From: Squalus acanthias
Lineage: Eukaryota
Assembly: GCA_030390025.1 (NCBI GenBank)
Contig: CM059431.1
Span: 154,630,001-154,694,000 of the forward strand
Direction: 5' to 3'
Length of the DNA: 64,000 nucleotides
In this document: in pieces, positions 56,501 to 64,000 of the stretch
Layout of the letters: each line of letters opens with the position of its first letter
Numbering within the stretch: the stretch's first letter is position 1
Position numbers and translations under genes: made by a program
The notes under the pieces: generated by a model
The model's input: only the letters and a program-made list of their open reading frames with translations
Told to the model about the DNA's origin: nothing
Database searches by the model: none

Positions 56501-59500
56501 AATTGGATTGAGCCATTGACGGCGGATTTAAACAATTTCTGCTGAACATATCCAATTCGTTTCTCTATTCTGCTTCTTGCTAAGTCCATCTCCTACTTTG
56601 GTACAATGCTCAGGGACATCAACAAACCCGGCCTCTCCCGAGGCCACATCCTCTCACCTCATGAATGCCAGAATATCCAATTTCTTAAAGAAACCTAGAC
56701 TAAGTTATGATGTTTGTCTGCTCCATTTCTTCAATACCTCCTCACTTATGTAACATAAATGTAATGCAACATAGTAATGTGAATAAAGCTTGTGAGTTCA
56801 ATGAACACTTTGTCTGATGGTATGACATAACGATTTGATCACCGTGACTTATATAAAGGCTATATTGGGAAATGAAGTGCCCTGTTACCAGCAGATCATG
56901 GTAACTTAAGTTGTATGCCAAAAAGGGAGCAGTCATTAATAACAGATTAATTTGCCGCATTGGAACTTCAGGACTGATATAAGGAATGATTCAAAATAGA
57001 AATCTATAAGTTTGGGGTAACACAATAATAATGGAACACTTTTCTATAAGGCGTTCGTTGTTGTACACCAAATTGTGGAAAAGGGATAGGCGAAGAGTTA
57101 TATAGACAAATTGGAGGAAATGCAGCAATAACAGTAACGGTGATTGGTGACTTTAAATATCCCAAGAACAGAAGTGACATAAGTGGGGAGGGAGGCCAGG
57201 AATCTGAAGCTTTGCCAGGACATTATTCAGATAGGTACCATTTTAGGACAACAAGAAAGGATTGAGCATTTGATCAATTTCTAAAAATTGACAGCGGCGA
57301 CTCAGTGAGGTAAGTCTAGTGAAACATTCACCAATTATATCGTTATTATCCATATAAATTAGAAAATGTTTCGTTAAAATCAAAACAATAAATATGTTAA
57401 AGGAAAATATCTAATTTCAACGTGGCTAACATATTAGCTCAGTTATATTGAGGCAGATATGATCAGATAATATCGTGGTGAGGCAATAGAAAGATAGACA
57501 ATAGAAGTTTACCATATAAGGTACACAAATCACACGTGAATGAAAGGAGTGCAGCACAAACGAGAATTGCATGAGCGCGCATAGAAAATGAAATAAAGAA
57601 CATAATTTACAATTGAATGTAGGAGTGTAGGGCTAGTTATATAAAAAAAAAACAAGGACGTGTTGGTAATATAGTGAATATATATAATAGATGAATGAGT
57701 GCCCGGTGACAGAGTTCAGATAATGATCACATTCCGTATAAACTTCAAAGAAAATAGTTACAGAAATAGCTGAGCTGCTCAGAGAAGAAAAGGGAATGGT
57801 TCATATAGATGACGAGGAATTAACTGAAAACTATTAGTACTGCTTCGATGAATGAAAGTGATACTTGGAATGAGTGAAAAACTCATTGAAGTCAATGGAA
57901 AGAAAGTCAGATGCGAGTAAACTGGGCTGTCAATACGCTTCAGCGCGTTTGACCAAATTGACCAACAATGGCCAACAAACTGCGACCCATTTTTATGGTT
58001 GTCTTCTTGTGCAATATGAGTTTTTTTTAAACTATCAGTGAGCTTTGAAAAATATTATGTTGCTTAACTACCAATAGTTATTGGTTTTGATCGTATCCTA
58101 CATCTGCAAACGTAGATTTGTGCTTTGATTTTGCACTTTACCCTTTTCCGTCATTCAACTGCTGGTTATAATGAGAGAAAGGTCAGTTGCCGTGGGGGTC
58201 TCAAAGCTGCTCCTTTCTGTCTCTGCAACCTCTTCCAATCCTACAACCTGTCGAGATTCAGGCGTTGGCCCAATTCTTACCTCTTGTGCATTCCCCATTT
58301 CCATCGGTCCACCATTGATGGCCTTGCATTAAGCGGTTTAGACACTAAGCTCTGGAATTCCCTCCCCAAACCAGTATGAATCTCTAACTCTCTCTTCTCA
58401 AAGCCTCTTTTAAATCTACTCTGTGACCAAGCTTTGGTCACCTGTCCTAATATCTTCATCTGATGCTTGGTGTAACATTTTGTTTGATAACACTCCCTTT
58501 GCAACGCTTTGTGACGTTTTACTACGTTAGTTTTTGTTGTTTCTACTTACTTCTCATTGCAGGCACGCCTCCTGTCTGACTAATGGCGTAACTTCCTTTT
58601 ATTCGCTTATGGGATCTGGGCATCGCTGTCAAGGACAGCATTTATTGCTCATCCCTTAATTGTTTTCTGCATTAACTCCCGATTCTGAGCGTTTCATCTC
58701 TCTCCGAAGGAAAGCTAGAAATCGAAAAGACGTTTCTTATCCGAGTTTGTACATTACTTCTCTATATATGATTGCAATATACATTCTTGTCAGGAAATCA
58801 AATCCCGAGCTGAATGTCACCGCAGAAGCGATGCATCCCAACTCATTTTCGATACCGTGCTGGAAAAGGGAGCTCGGGAAGAAAGAACAATGTGGAACAT
58901 CTTGCTTCAACTGCAGAACACCAAACCCAAGCTGAAAATGACATTGTCAGAGATACAGAACAGATGTACAGAGGGAGAAAGTGATCTAGGAGGTTGGTGT
59001 TATCCAAATCAAATTTTCCGTTGGAATAAGAAAGTTTTATTTAAAGTGAGAATTATGTTTTATTCTTTTAAGGAATGTGGGCGTCACTGGCAAGACCAGC
59101 ATTTATTGCCCATCCCTAGTTGCACTTGCGAAGTTGTTGGGTAACCGCTTTCCTGAAACGCTGCAGTCGATGTGGTGAAGGTCAACCCACAATGTTGTTG
59201 GAGAGGGAGTGCCATGTATTTGACACAGCGACAATGAAGGAAAGCGATATACTTTAAAGTTAAGATGGTGTGTGAGTTGGAGGGGTAAATGGAAGTAGTG
59301 GTGTTCCCAGGCGCCTGCTGCTCTTATCCTTCCAGGTGGTAGATCTCGTGGATTTGGGAGGTACCGTCGAAGAAGACTTGACGAGTTCCCGCAGTGCCTC
59401 TTGTAGATGGAACATTCTGCAGCCACGATGTGGCTGCGGGGAAGGGACTGTATGCTACTAATTGATTCATGCTTGTATGAGTTTTATACTCGATTCCTTA

Positions 59501-62500
59501 AACGAACTTTGAAACTGCCCGTTATAAATTTCATCTTGGACAGGGACCACTACTCCTATTCAAATTCACCCTTAGTTCCACGGCTCCGTGATGCCCACAT
59601 TATCTGACCTACTTTGATTCCTTATCCCATATTGATCATTTGTGAAAAGCTCCTGCTCATCCTATATGCCCTCCCCCACTTTATCTCTAAAGTCGTCTTC
59701 AAATCCCCTCTTTTGCACTCATGTCACTCCTCTCCCCTTGCTGTGGACTCCAGTGTACAAGTTCATCTGCTCCGGACTCCAGACATAGACTTCTTTCACA
59801 CCGACTGGAACTCAGTTCCTATGAGCTTCCATCTCTTCACGTCTTACTTATTTTAAGCATCGACCATATGTTGCAAGGCCTGGTTCGTTCTCTTATTTCC
59901 AGCAAAACAATCTGCGTTAATTCCGAATTCCACCTCTGTAAGGCTCCACTGGCAGTGTCACCGCTAAACAACTGCTGTCGCGATAGCAGTTAGTTCACAG
60001 TATTCACTGTTCCATAGCGGGCATTTATGTTAATCTGTTCTCTTTTATAATTTCAAAGAAAATGCAGTTACTGAAATATCACTAACGTTGGCGAGCTACA
60101 CGGATTTCCAGCTGCGCACAGTTATCGTTTGCTACCGTCACAGACTAGAACAGTCAATTGAAGATTTCGTGGAGGCCGTTAGTCAGTCGCTTGTAGATAC
60201 AAACGTATTTACTGAAACAGATCATAAGGTATGTTTCATATATGCTGCAGTGGTATGGAGTTAAATGAGTCAAACGATTGACTGTTTAGACAGACTTTGT
60301 TCTGTGCAACCCAACTATATTAGCGGTACTTTATGCTGCACTTTATGAACTGAAATTATTGTCCAGTGCCAGTGTAATCAACATTTGAAGTACTCTTCTG
60401 AGATATCTCTCTGTTAAATTATTATTTCAGGAATTTTCAATGAATGTATTCATTATAAGAGAAGTTTCTCATGGACTAACAGAGATTTTTTAATGGCAGC
60501 CTTTTTGGCACAATTATCGCCAGCTTCAATAATCTTCCTTCAAAAGCACAGAGTTGGGGCTGTTCCCTGATGATTGTACGGTGTTTAGTTCCATTCGCAA
60601 ATCCTCAGAAAATGAAGCAGTCGAATCCCACACGCAGCATGACCTAGACAACATCCATGTTTAGGCCGATAAGGGGCAGGTAACATTTATGCCGCATAGT
60701 ACCAGGTAGTGGCTACCTACAGATGGAGAACGTCTAACACATTGCCGTTGACATTCAATGGCTTTACCATAGGAGTTCTACCACAATGAGTGTCTCGGTG
60801 ATCACCAGTAAAACCAGCTGTGAGAATTCACTGCCAAACTTCTTGCAGTTTCCGTAATTCCAGTAGCCAAGCCCCTCGAAATGAGTAATTGAATAAGACA
60901 CAATGTGCAACCTAAGGATCACGCATCATCATTAAAGCCACAAAAGGACAACCTGTAGATAGATCAGAACTGTAATAACCACATACGTCAAATCGCATGT
61001 GAATAAGTTAACTGACACATACGAACTTAACAGTATGAATTTCCCTACGATCACGGACGAGATTTTCCGCCCATTCTCCAACAAAACGGCCGAGAATTTC
61101 CAATTGGATTGAGCCATTGACGGCGGATTTAAACAATTTCTGCTGAACATATCCAATTCGTTTCTCTATTCTGCTTCTTGCTAATTCCCGCCCTTACTTT
61201 GGTCTAATGCTCAGGGACATCAACAAACCCGGCCTCTCCCGAGGCCACATCCTCTCACCTCATGAATGCCATAATATCCAATTTCTTAAAGAAACCTAGA
61301 CTAATCTATGATGTTTATCTGCTCCATTTCTTCAATACCTCCTCACTTATGTAACATAAATGTAATGCAACATAGTTTTGTGAATAAAGCTTGTGAGTTC
61401 AATGAACACTTTGTCTGATGGTATGACATAATGATTTGATCAGCGTGGCTTATATAACGGCTGGATTGGGAAATGAAGTGCCCTGTTACCAGAAGATCAT
61501 GGTAACTTAAGTTGTATGCCAAAAAGGGAGCAGTCATTAATAACAGATTAATTTGCCGCATTGGAACTTCAGGCCTGATATAAGGAATGATTCAAAATAT
61601 AAATCTATAAGTTTGGGGTAACACAATAATAATGGAACACTTTGTCAATAAGGCGTTCGTTGTTGTACATAAATTGTGGGAAAGGGATAGGCGAAGAGTT
61701 ATATAGACAGATTGGAGAAAATGCAGCAATAACAGTAACGGTGATTGGTGACTTTAAATATCCCAAGAACAGAAGTAACATAAGTGGGGAGGGAGGCCAG
61801 GAATCTGAAGCTTTGCCAGGACATTATTCAGATAGGTACCATTTTAGGACAACAAGAAAGGATTGAGCATTTGATCCATTTCTAAAAATTGACAGCGGCT
61901 ACTCACTGAGGTAAGTCTAGTGAAACATTCACCAATTATATCGTTAGTATCCATATGAATTAGAAAATGTTTCGTTAAAATCAAAACAATAAATATGTTA
62001 AAGGAAAATATATAATTTCAACGCGGCTAAAATATTAGCTCAGTTATATTGAGGCAGATATGATCAGATAATATCGTGGTGAGGCAATAGAAAGATAGAC
62101 AATAGAAGTTTACCATACAAGGTACACAAAGCACACGTGAATGAAAGGAGTGCAGCACAAACTAGAATTACTTGAGCGCGCATAGAAAATGAAATAAAGA
62201 ACAGAATTTACAATTGAATGTAGGAGTGTAGGGCTAGTTTTTAAAACAAACGAAGGACGTGTTGGTAATATAGTGATTATATATAATAGATGAATGTGCG
62301 CCCGATGACAGAGTTCAGTTAATGATCACATTCCGTATAAACTTCAAAGAAAATAGTTACAACAATAACAGAGCTGCTCAGAGATGAAAAGGGAATGTTT
62401 CATATAGATGACGAGGGATTAACTGAAAACTATTAGTACTGCTTCGATGAATGAAAGTGATACTTGGAATGAGTGAAAAACTCATTGAAGTCAATTGAAA

Positions 62501-63581
62501 AGAAAGTCATACGTGAGTAAAACGGGCCGCCGATTCGATTCAGAGCGTTTGGCCAGGTTGGTCAAAACTGGCCAACACCTTGTGACCCATTATTTATGGT
62601 TGTCAACTTGTGCAATCTGAGCTTCTAAAAACCAAGCTGTGCGCTTTCAAAACGATTATTGTCCTTAACAACGAATAATTATTGATTTGATCGGATCCCA
62701 TACCTGTAATCTTAAGTTTGTGCTTTGTTTTGCACTTGACCCTTTTCCATCAATCAACTGCTGGTTATAGTGAGAGAAAGTCCAGTCGCCGTGGGTGTCT
62801 CAAAGCTGATCCTTTCTATCACTTTCACCTCTTCCAATCCTACAACCTGTAAGATCCAGGCGCTGGTCCAGTTCTGGCCTCTTGTGCATCCCCCATTTTC
62901 ATCGCTGCACCATTCCTTCAGCGGTTTAGACCCTAAGCTCTGGAATTCCCTCCAGAATCGAACATGAATCTCTAACTCTCTCTTCTCTTAGACTCTCTTT
63001 AAATCTACTCTCTGACCAAGCTTTGGTCACCTGTCCTAATATCTGCCTCTGAAGCTTGGTGTTACATTCTGTTTGATAACACTTCCTTTGCAACGCTTTG
63101 GGACGTTTTACTGCGCTAGTTCTTGTTCTTTCTTTTTAATTCTCATTGCAGGCACGCCTCCTGTCTGACTAATGGCGTTATTTCCTTTTATTCGCTTATG
63201 GGATCTGGGCGTCGCTGGCAAGGATAGCATTTATTGCTCATCCCTTAATTCTTTGCTGCATTAACTCCCGATTCTGAGCGTTTCATCTCTCTCCTAAGGA
63301 AAGCTAGAAATAGAAAAGACGATTCTTATCCGAGTTTGTACATTACTTCTATATATATGATTGCAATATACATTCTTGTTAGGAAATCAGATCCCGAGTT
63401 GAATGTCACCGCAGAAGCGATGCTTCGCAACTCATGTTCGGTACCGTGCTGGAAAAGGGAGCTCGGGGAGAAAGAACAATGTGGAACATATTGCTTCAAC
63501 TGCAGAACACCAAACCCAAGCTGAAAATGACATTGTCAGAGATACAGAACAGATGTACAGCTGGAAAAAGTGAGCTAGGAG
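2382..63581 (+). CDS. Partial multi-exon gene encoding >=10.5 tandem 123-aa CARD/death-fold-like repeats (poly-CARD protein, possibly the N-terminus of an NLR); 21 exons in the window, 5' and 3' ends outside
   Basis: Alternating exons B (199 nt) and A (170 nt) with AG/GT sites and complementary phases. All 21 are open, totalling 3,889 nt. The amphipathic helical pattern with L..VLT...EI...A..L.DTV..KG resembles CARDs. Domain identity is by eye, not by HMM. Confidence 0.85.
2660..3030 (-). mobile_element. LINE 3'-end fossil in the short intron; present in each unit, approximate
   Basis: Minus-strand remnants such as ..SNSWHSLPNSIVG..P.GLQ.F.KAA.HHLLKGN, typical of a LINE ORF2 C-terminus, followed by a 3' UTR. 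Confidence 0.65.
3651..3820 (+). CDS. Exon A1 (N-terminal half of CARD-like repeat)
   Basis: cttcacag|AA...AAG|gtacgt, 170 nt: (E)NAVTEILPTLASYTDFQLRRVIVCYRQRLEQSIEEVVEAVSQSLVDANVLTETNHK. Confidence 0.85.
4095..4420 (+). mobile_element. LINE RT fossil in the long intron; present in each unit, approximate
   Basis: SCFINDLPS followed by frameshifted ttcgctgatgattgc (FADDC, clearest at 8286-8300) and cagcatgacctagacaacatc (Q.DLDNI). Confidence 0.7.
7020..7218 (+). CDS. Exon B2
   Basis: ag|...|gttggt, 199 nt: EIRSLAECHRRSDATQLIFDTVLEKGARGERTMWNILLQLQNTKSKLKISLSEIQNGSTEGESDLG. Confidence 0.83.
7783..7952 (+). CDS. Exon A2
   Basis: gcaaag|...|gtatgt, 170 nt: (E)NAVTEISLTLASYTDFQLRRVIVCYRQRLEHLIEEFVEAVSQSLVVANVLAEKDHK. 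Confidence 0.82.
11124..11322 (+). CDS. Exon B3
   Basis: 199 nt: EIRSLAECHRRSDASQLIFDTVLEKGARGERTMWNILLQLQNTKPKLNMTLSEIQNRCTEGESDRK; donor gttagt. Confidence 0.85.
12386..12555 (+). CDS. Exon A3
   Basis: cacag|...|gtatgt, 170 nt: (E)NEDTEILPTLASYTDFQLRRVIVCYRQRLEQSIEEIVEAVSQSLVDANVLAKTNHK. Confidence 0.85.
12616..16569 (-). mobile_element. CR1-clade LINE, degenerate, truncated at the ORF1 start; copy 1
   Basis: ORF1 fragments with a CxxC zinc knuckle and GDSL/SGNH esterase motif (IVIGDSIVRG, 15632-16568). ORF2 fragments with APE endonuclease (AVTETWL, SDH) and RT (GVPQGSVLG, KFADDTK), 12710-15500. Octamer tail (tcatagag)n at the left end. TSD CTGTTTA at 12609-12615 and 16570-16576. Confidence 0.95.
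19662..19860 (+). CDS. Exon B4
   Basis: 199 nt: EIGSLAACHRRSDASQLIFDTVLEKGARGERKMWNILLQLQNTKPKLKMTFSEIQNRYTEEESDLE; donor gttagt. Confidence 0.85.
20718..20887 (+). CDS. Exon A4
   Basis: cacag|...|gtatgt, 170 nt: (E)NADTEILIPMTSYTDFQLRRVIVCYRQKLEQSIEEVVEAVSQSLADANVLTETNHK. Confidence 0.85.
23996..24194 (+). CDS. Exon B5
   Basis: 199 nt: EIGSLAACHRRSDASQLIFDTVLEKGARGERKMWNILLQLQNTKPKLKMTFSEIQNRCTEEESDLE; donor gttagt. Confidence 0.85.
25144..29769 (-). mobile_element. Near full-length CR1-clade LINE of a second family, degenerate, with tandem-repeat 5' UTR
   Basis: ORF1 fragments (CSSC..CGNC, GDSIVRG) at 28184-29143. ORF2 endonuclease (IGITETWL, GDFN, SDH) at 27305-27922 and RT (KFADDTK) at ~26000. 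The host intron resumes at ~29770 (ggcacccctaacagag). Confidence 0.93.
29222..29769 (-). repeat. ~73-bp tandem repeat (about 7.5 copies) forming the CR1 5' UTR
   Basis: Unit ccgacactggcctctggaaaaaagcccgcgaaagtgagtttaaatactcactgtgctgctgctctctccgctc, lying directly upstream of ORF1 on the minus strand. Confidence 0.9.
29901..30070 (+). CDS. Exon A5
   Basis: ttcaaag|...|gtatgt, 170 nt: (E)NADTEISLTLASYTDFQLRRFIVCYRQSLEHSIEEVVEAVSQSLVDANVLTETNNK. Confidence 0.82.
32365..32563 (+). CDS. Exon B6
   Basis: 199 nt: EIRSLAECHRRSDASKLICDTVLEKGARGERTMWNILLKLQNTKPKLKMTLSEIENGCTEGESDLE; donor gttagt. Confidence 0.85.
33641..33810 (+). CDS. Exon A6
   Basis: cacag|...|gtatgt, 170 nt: (E)HADTEISLTLASYTDFQLRRVIVCYRQRLEQSIEEAVEAVSQSLVDANVLAEKNHK. 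Confidence 0.85.
35103..37770 (-). mobile_element. Penelope-like retroelement (RT plus GIY-YIG endonuclease), 5' truncated
   Basis: Single frame 37756->35537 broken by three in-frame stops. Motifs IKPADKGG, LPKIHK, DVSALYTSIP, GTAMG, RYIDDIF, CHGNLCKTC and VYLIRC...YIGET. Confidence 0.95.
38354..38543. mobile_element. Short fold-back (hairpin) insertion, probably derived from a Penelope pLTR
   Basis: Perfect 65-bp inverted arms at 38398-38462 and 38479-38543. Flanking 13-bp direct repeat GGAAGATAGACAA at 38341-38353 and 38544-38556. Absent from the other units. Confidence 0.85.
39021..39443 (-). mobile_element. tRNA-derived V-SINE (shark HE1-like) with CR1-derived 3' tail
   Basis: Minus-strand head ggtggcatagtggttagcact...gggttcgaatc (A and B boxes), V-domain gtgggtttcctccgggtgctccggtttcctccca, and a 3' end matching the CR1 tail at 25144-25230. 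Confidence 0.9.
40255..40453 (+). CDS. Exon B7
   Basis: 199 nt: EIGSPAEGHRRSDASQLIFDTVLEKGARGERTMWNILLQLQNTKPKLKMTLSEIQNRCTEGESDLG; donor gttggt; the same frame appears in ORF-track entry 40318..40605. Confidence 0.83.
41519..41688 (+). CDS. Exon A7
   Basis: ttcaaag|...|gtatgt, 170 nt: (E)NAVTEISLTLASYTDFQLRTVIVCYRHRLEQSIEEFVEAVSQSLVDTNVFTETDHK. Confidence 0.82.
44845..45043 (+). CDS. Exon B8
   Basis: 199 nt: EIRSRVECHRRSNASQLMLCTVLEKGARGERTMWNILLQLQNTKPKLKMTLSEIQNRCADGKSELG; donor gttagt. Confidence 0.83.
46110..46279 (+). CDS. Exon A8 (usual acceptor mutated AG->TG; in-frame CAG 9 nt downstream would start the exon at 46119)
   Basis: cttcactg/aaaatgcag|AT...AAG|gtatgt: (ENA)DTEILQTLASYTDFQLRRVIDCHRQRLEQSIEEVVEAVSQSLVDANMLTETKLK. 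Confidence 0.7.
46340..51055 (-). mobile_element. CR1-clade LINE copy 2 (duplicate of the 12616-16569 insertion), interrupted by a nested element
   Basis: Same insertion point (gactgttta|, 60 bp after an exon A), same 5' truncation (...ctccacg|), and colinear ORF1/ORF2 fragments at 47140-51054. Confidence 0.93.
46363..47127. mobile_element. Nested non-autonomous element (MITE-like, unclassified) in the CR1 3' tail
   Basis: Absent from CR1 copy 1. Flanked by AT on both sides. Degenerate terminal inverted repeats CGCCCAGATATTGGA vs GGCCCGAAAATTAGA (10/15). AT-rich core and an internal palindrome at 47012-47068. Confidence 0.7.
54200..54398 (+). CDS. Exon B9
   Basis: 199 nt: EIRTLAECHRRSDASQLIFDTVLEKGARGKRTMWNILLQLQNTKPKLKMTLSEMQNRNTEGESDLE; donor gttagt. 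Confidence 0.85.
55458..55627 (+). CDS. Exon A9
   Basis: ttcaaag|...|gtatgt, 170 nt: (E)NAVTELSLTLASYTDFQLRRVIVCYRQRLDQSIEEFVEAVSQSLVDANVFTETDHK. Confidence 0.82.
58794..58992 (+). CDS. Exon B10
   Basis: ttgtcag|...|gttggt, 199 nt: EIKSRAECHRRSDASQLIFDTVLEKGAREERTMWNILLQLQNTKPKLKMTLSEIQNRCTEGESDLG. Confidence 0.83.
60059..60228 (+). CDS. Exon A10
   Basis: ttcaaag|...|gtatgt, 170 nt: (E)NAVTEISLTLASYTDFQLRTVIVCYRHRLEQSIEDFVEAVSQSLVDTNVFTETDHK. Confidence 0.82.
63383..63581 (+). CDS. Exon B11
   Basis: 199 nt: EIRSRVECHRRSDASQLMFGTVLEKGARGERTMWNILLQLQNTKPKLKMTLSEIQNRCTAGKSELG; donor gttagt. Confidence 0.83.
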
Positions 63582-64000
63582 GTTAGTGGTATCCAAATTT
63601 AATTCTCCGTTAGAATAACAACTTTTTATTTAAGATGAGACCTATTTTTTACTCGTTTATGTGATGTGGGCGTCGCTACCAAGGCCAGCATTTATTACCC
63701 ATCCCTAGTTACCCTTGAGAAGGTGGTGGTTCGCCGCATTCCTGAAACGCTGCAGTCCATGTGTTGAAGGTTCTCCCACCATGCTGTTGGGGAGGCAGTG
63801 CCATGCGACAATGAATGAACGGCGGTATCCTGCCAAGAGAGGATGGTGTGTGTCTTGAAGGGGAACTTGGAAGCGTTCGTGTTCCCAAGCGTCTGATACT
63901 CTTGCCCTTCTACTTGGTAGAGCTCGTGGGTTTCGGAGGTACTCGCGAAGAAGCCTTGACGAGTTCCTGCAGTACATTTTGTAGATGGTCCACTCTGCAG

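Larger units (their letters stand above)
1..64000. repeat. Tandem array of ~4.6 kb units (exon A + ~3.2 kb intron + exon B + ~1.07 kb intron), about 11 copies
   Basis: The anchor tacgaacttaacagtatga recurs at 1, ~4620, ~8741, ~17317, ~21685, ~34612, ~42481, ~56419 and ~61020. Exon B starts at 2382, 7020, 11124, 19662, 23996, 32365, 40255, 44845, 54200, 58794 and 63383. Confidence 0.97.

Noticed and set aside
2382..63581. Assigning a gene symbol such as NLRP3, NLRC3 or NOD
   Set aside because: No NACHT, LRR or other diagnostic exon lies in the window, so orthology cannot be supported.
1..64000. Interpretation as a non-coding macrosatellite, or as a tandem snRNA/rRNA/tRNA gene cluster
   Set aside because: The conserved cores are bounded by AG/GT sites, keep codon phase and match no RNA gene I recognise.

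Overview
Eukaryotic genomic DNA, most likely a cartilaginous fish (shark-type tRNA/V-domain SINE, CR1 and Penelope families; inferred). The whole window is a degenerate ~4.6 kb tandem array (about 11 units) interrupted by young retroelements. The ORF track almost entirely misses the main feature: every unit carries two + strand exons, exon A (170 nt, phase 1->0) and exon B (199 nt, phase 0->1). I read all 21 copies (11 B, 10 A). Each has the same length, no stop codon and no indel, and they splice in frame into one ~3.9 kb ORF segment (~1,296 aa). This encodes 10.5 tandem 123-aa repeats with a CARD/death-fold pattern (..YRQRLEQSIEEVVEAVSQSLVDANVLTETNHK|EIRSLAECHRRSDASQLIFDTVLEKGARGERTMWNILLQL..). 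No start, stop, NACHT or LRR exon was found, so the gene apparently extends past both window edges. The introns consist largely of fossil LINE fragments co-amplified with the exons. Later insertions are three CR1 copies (two are duplicates of one insertion), a Penelope element, a V-SINE, a hairpin element and a nested MITE-like element.
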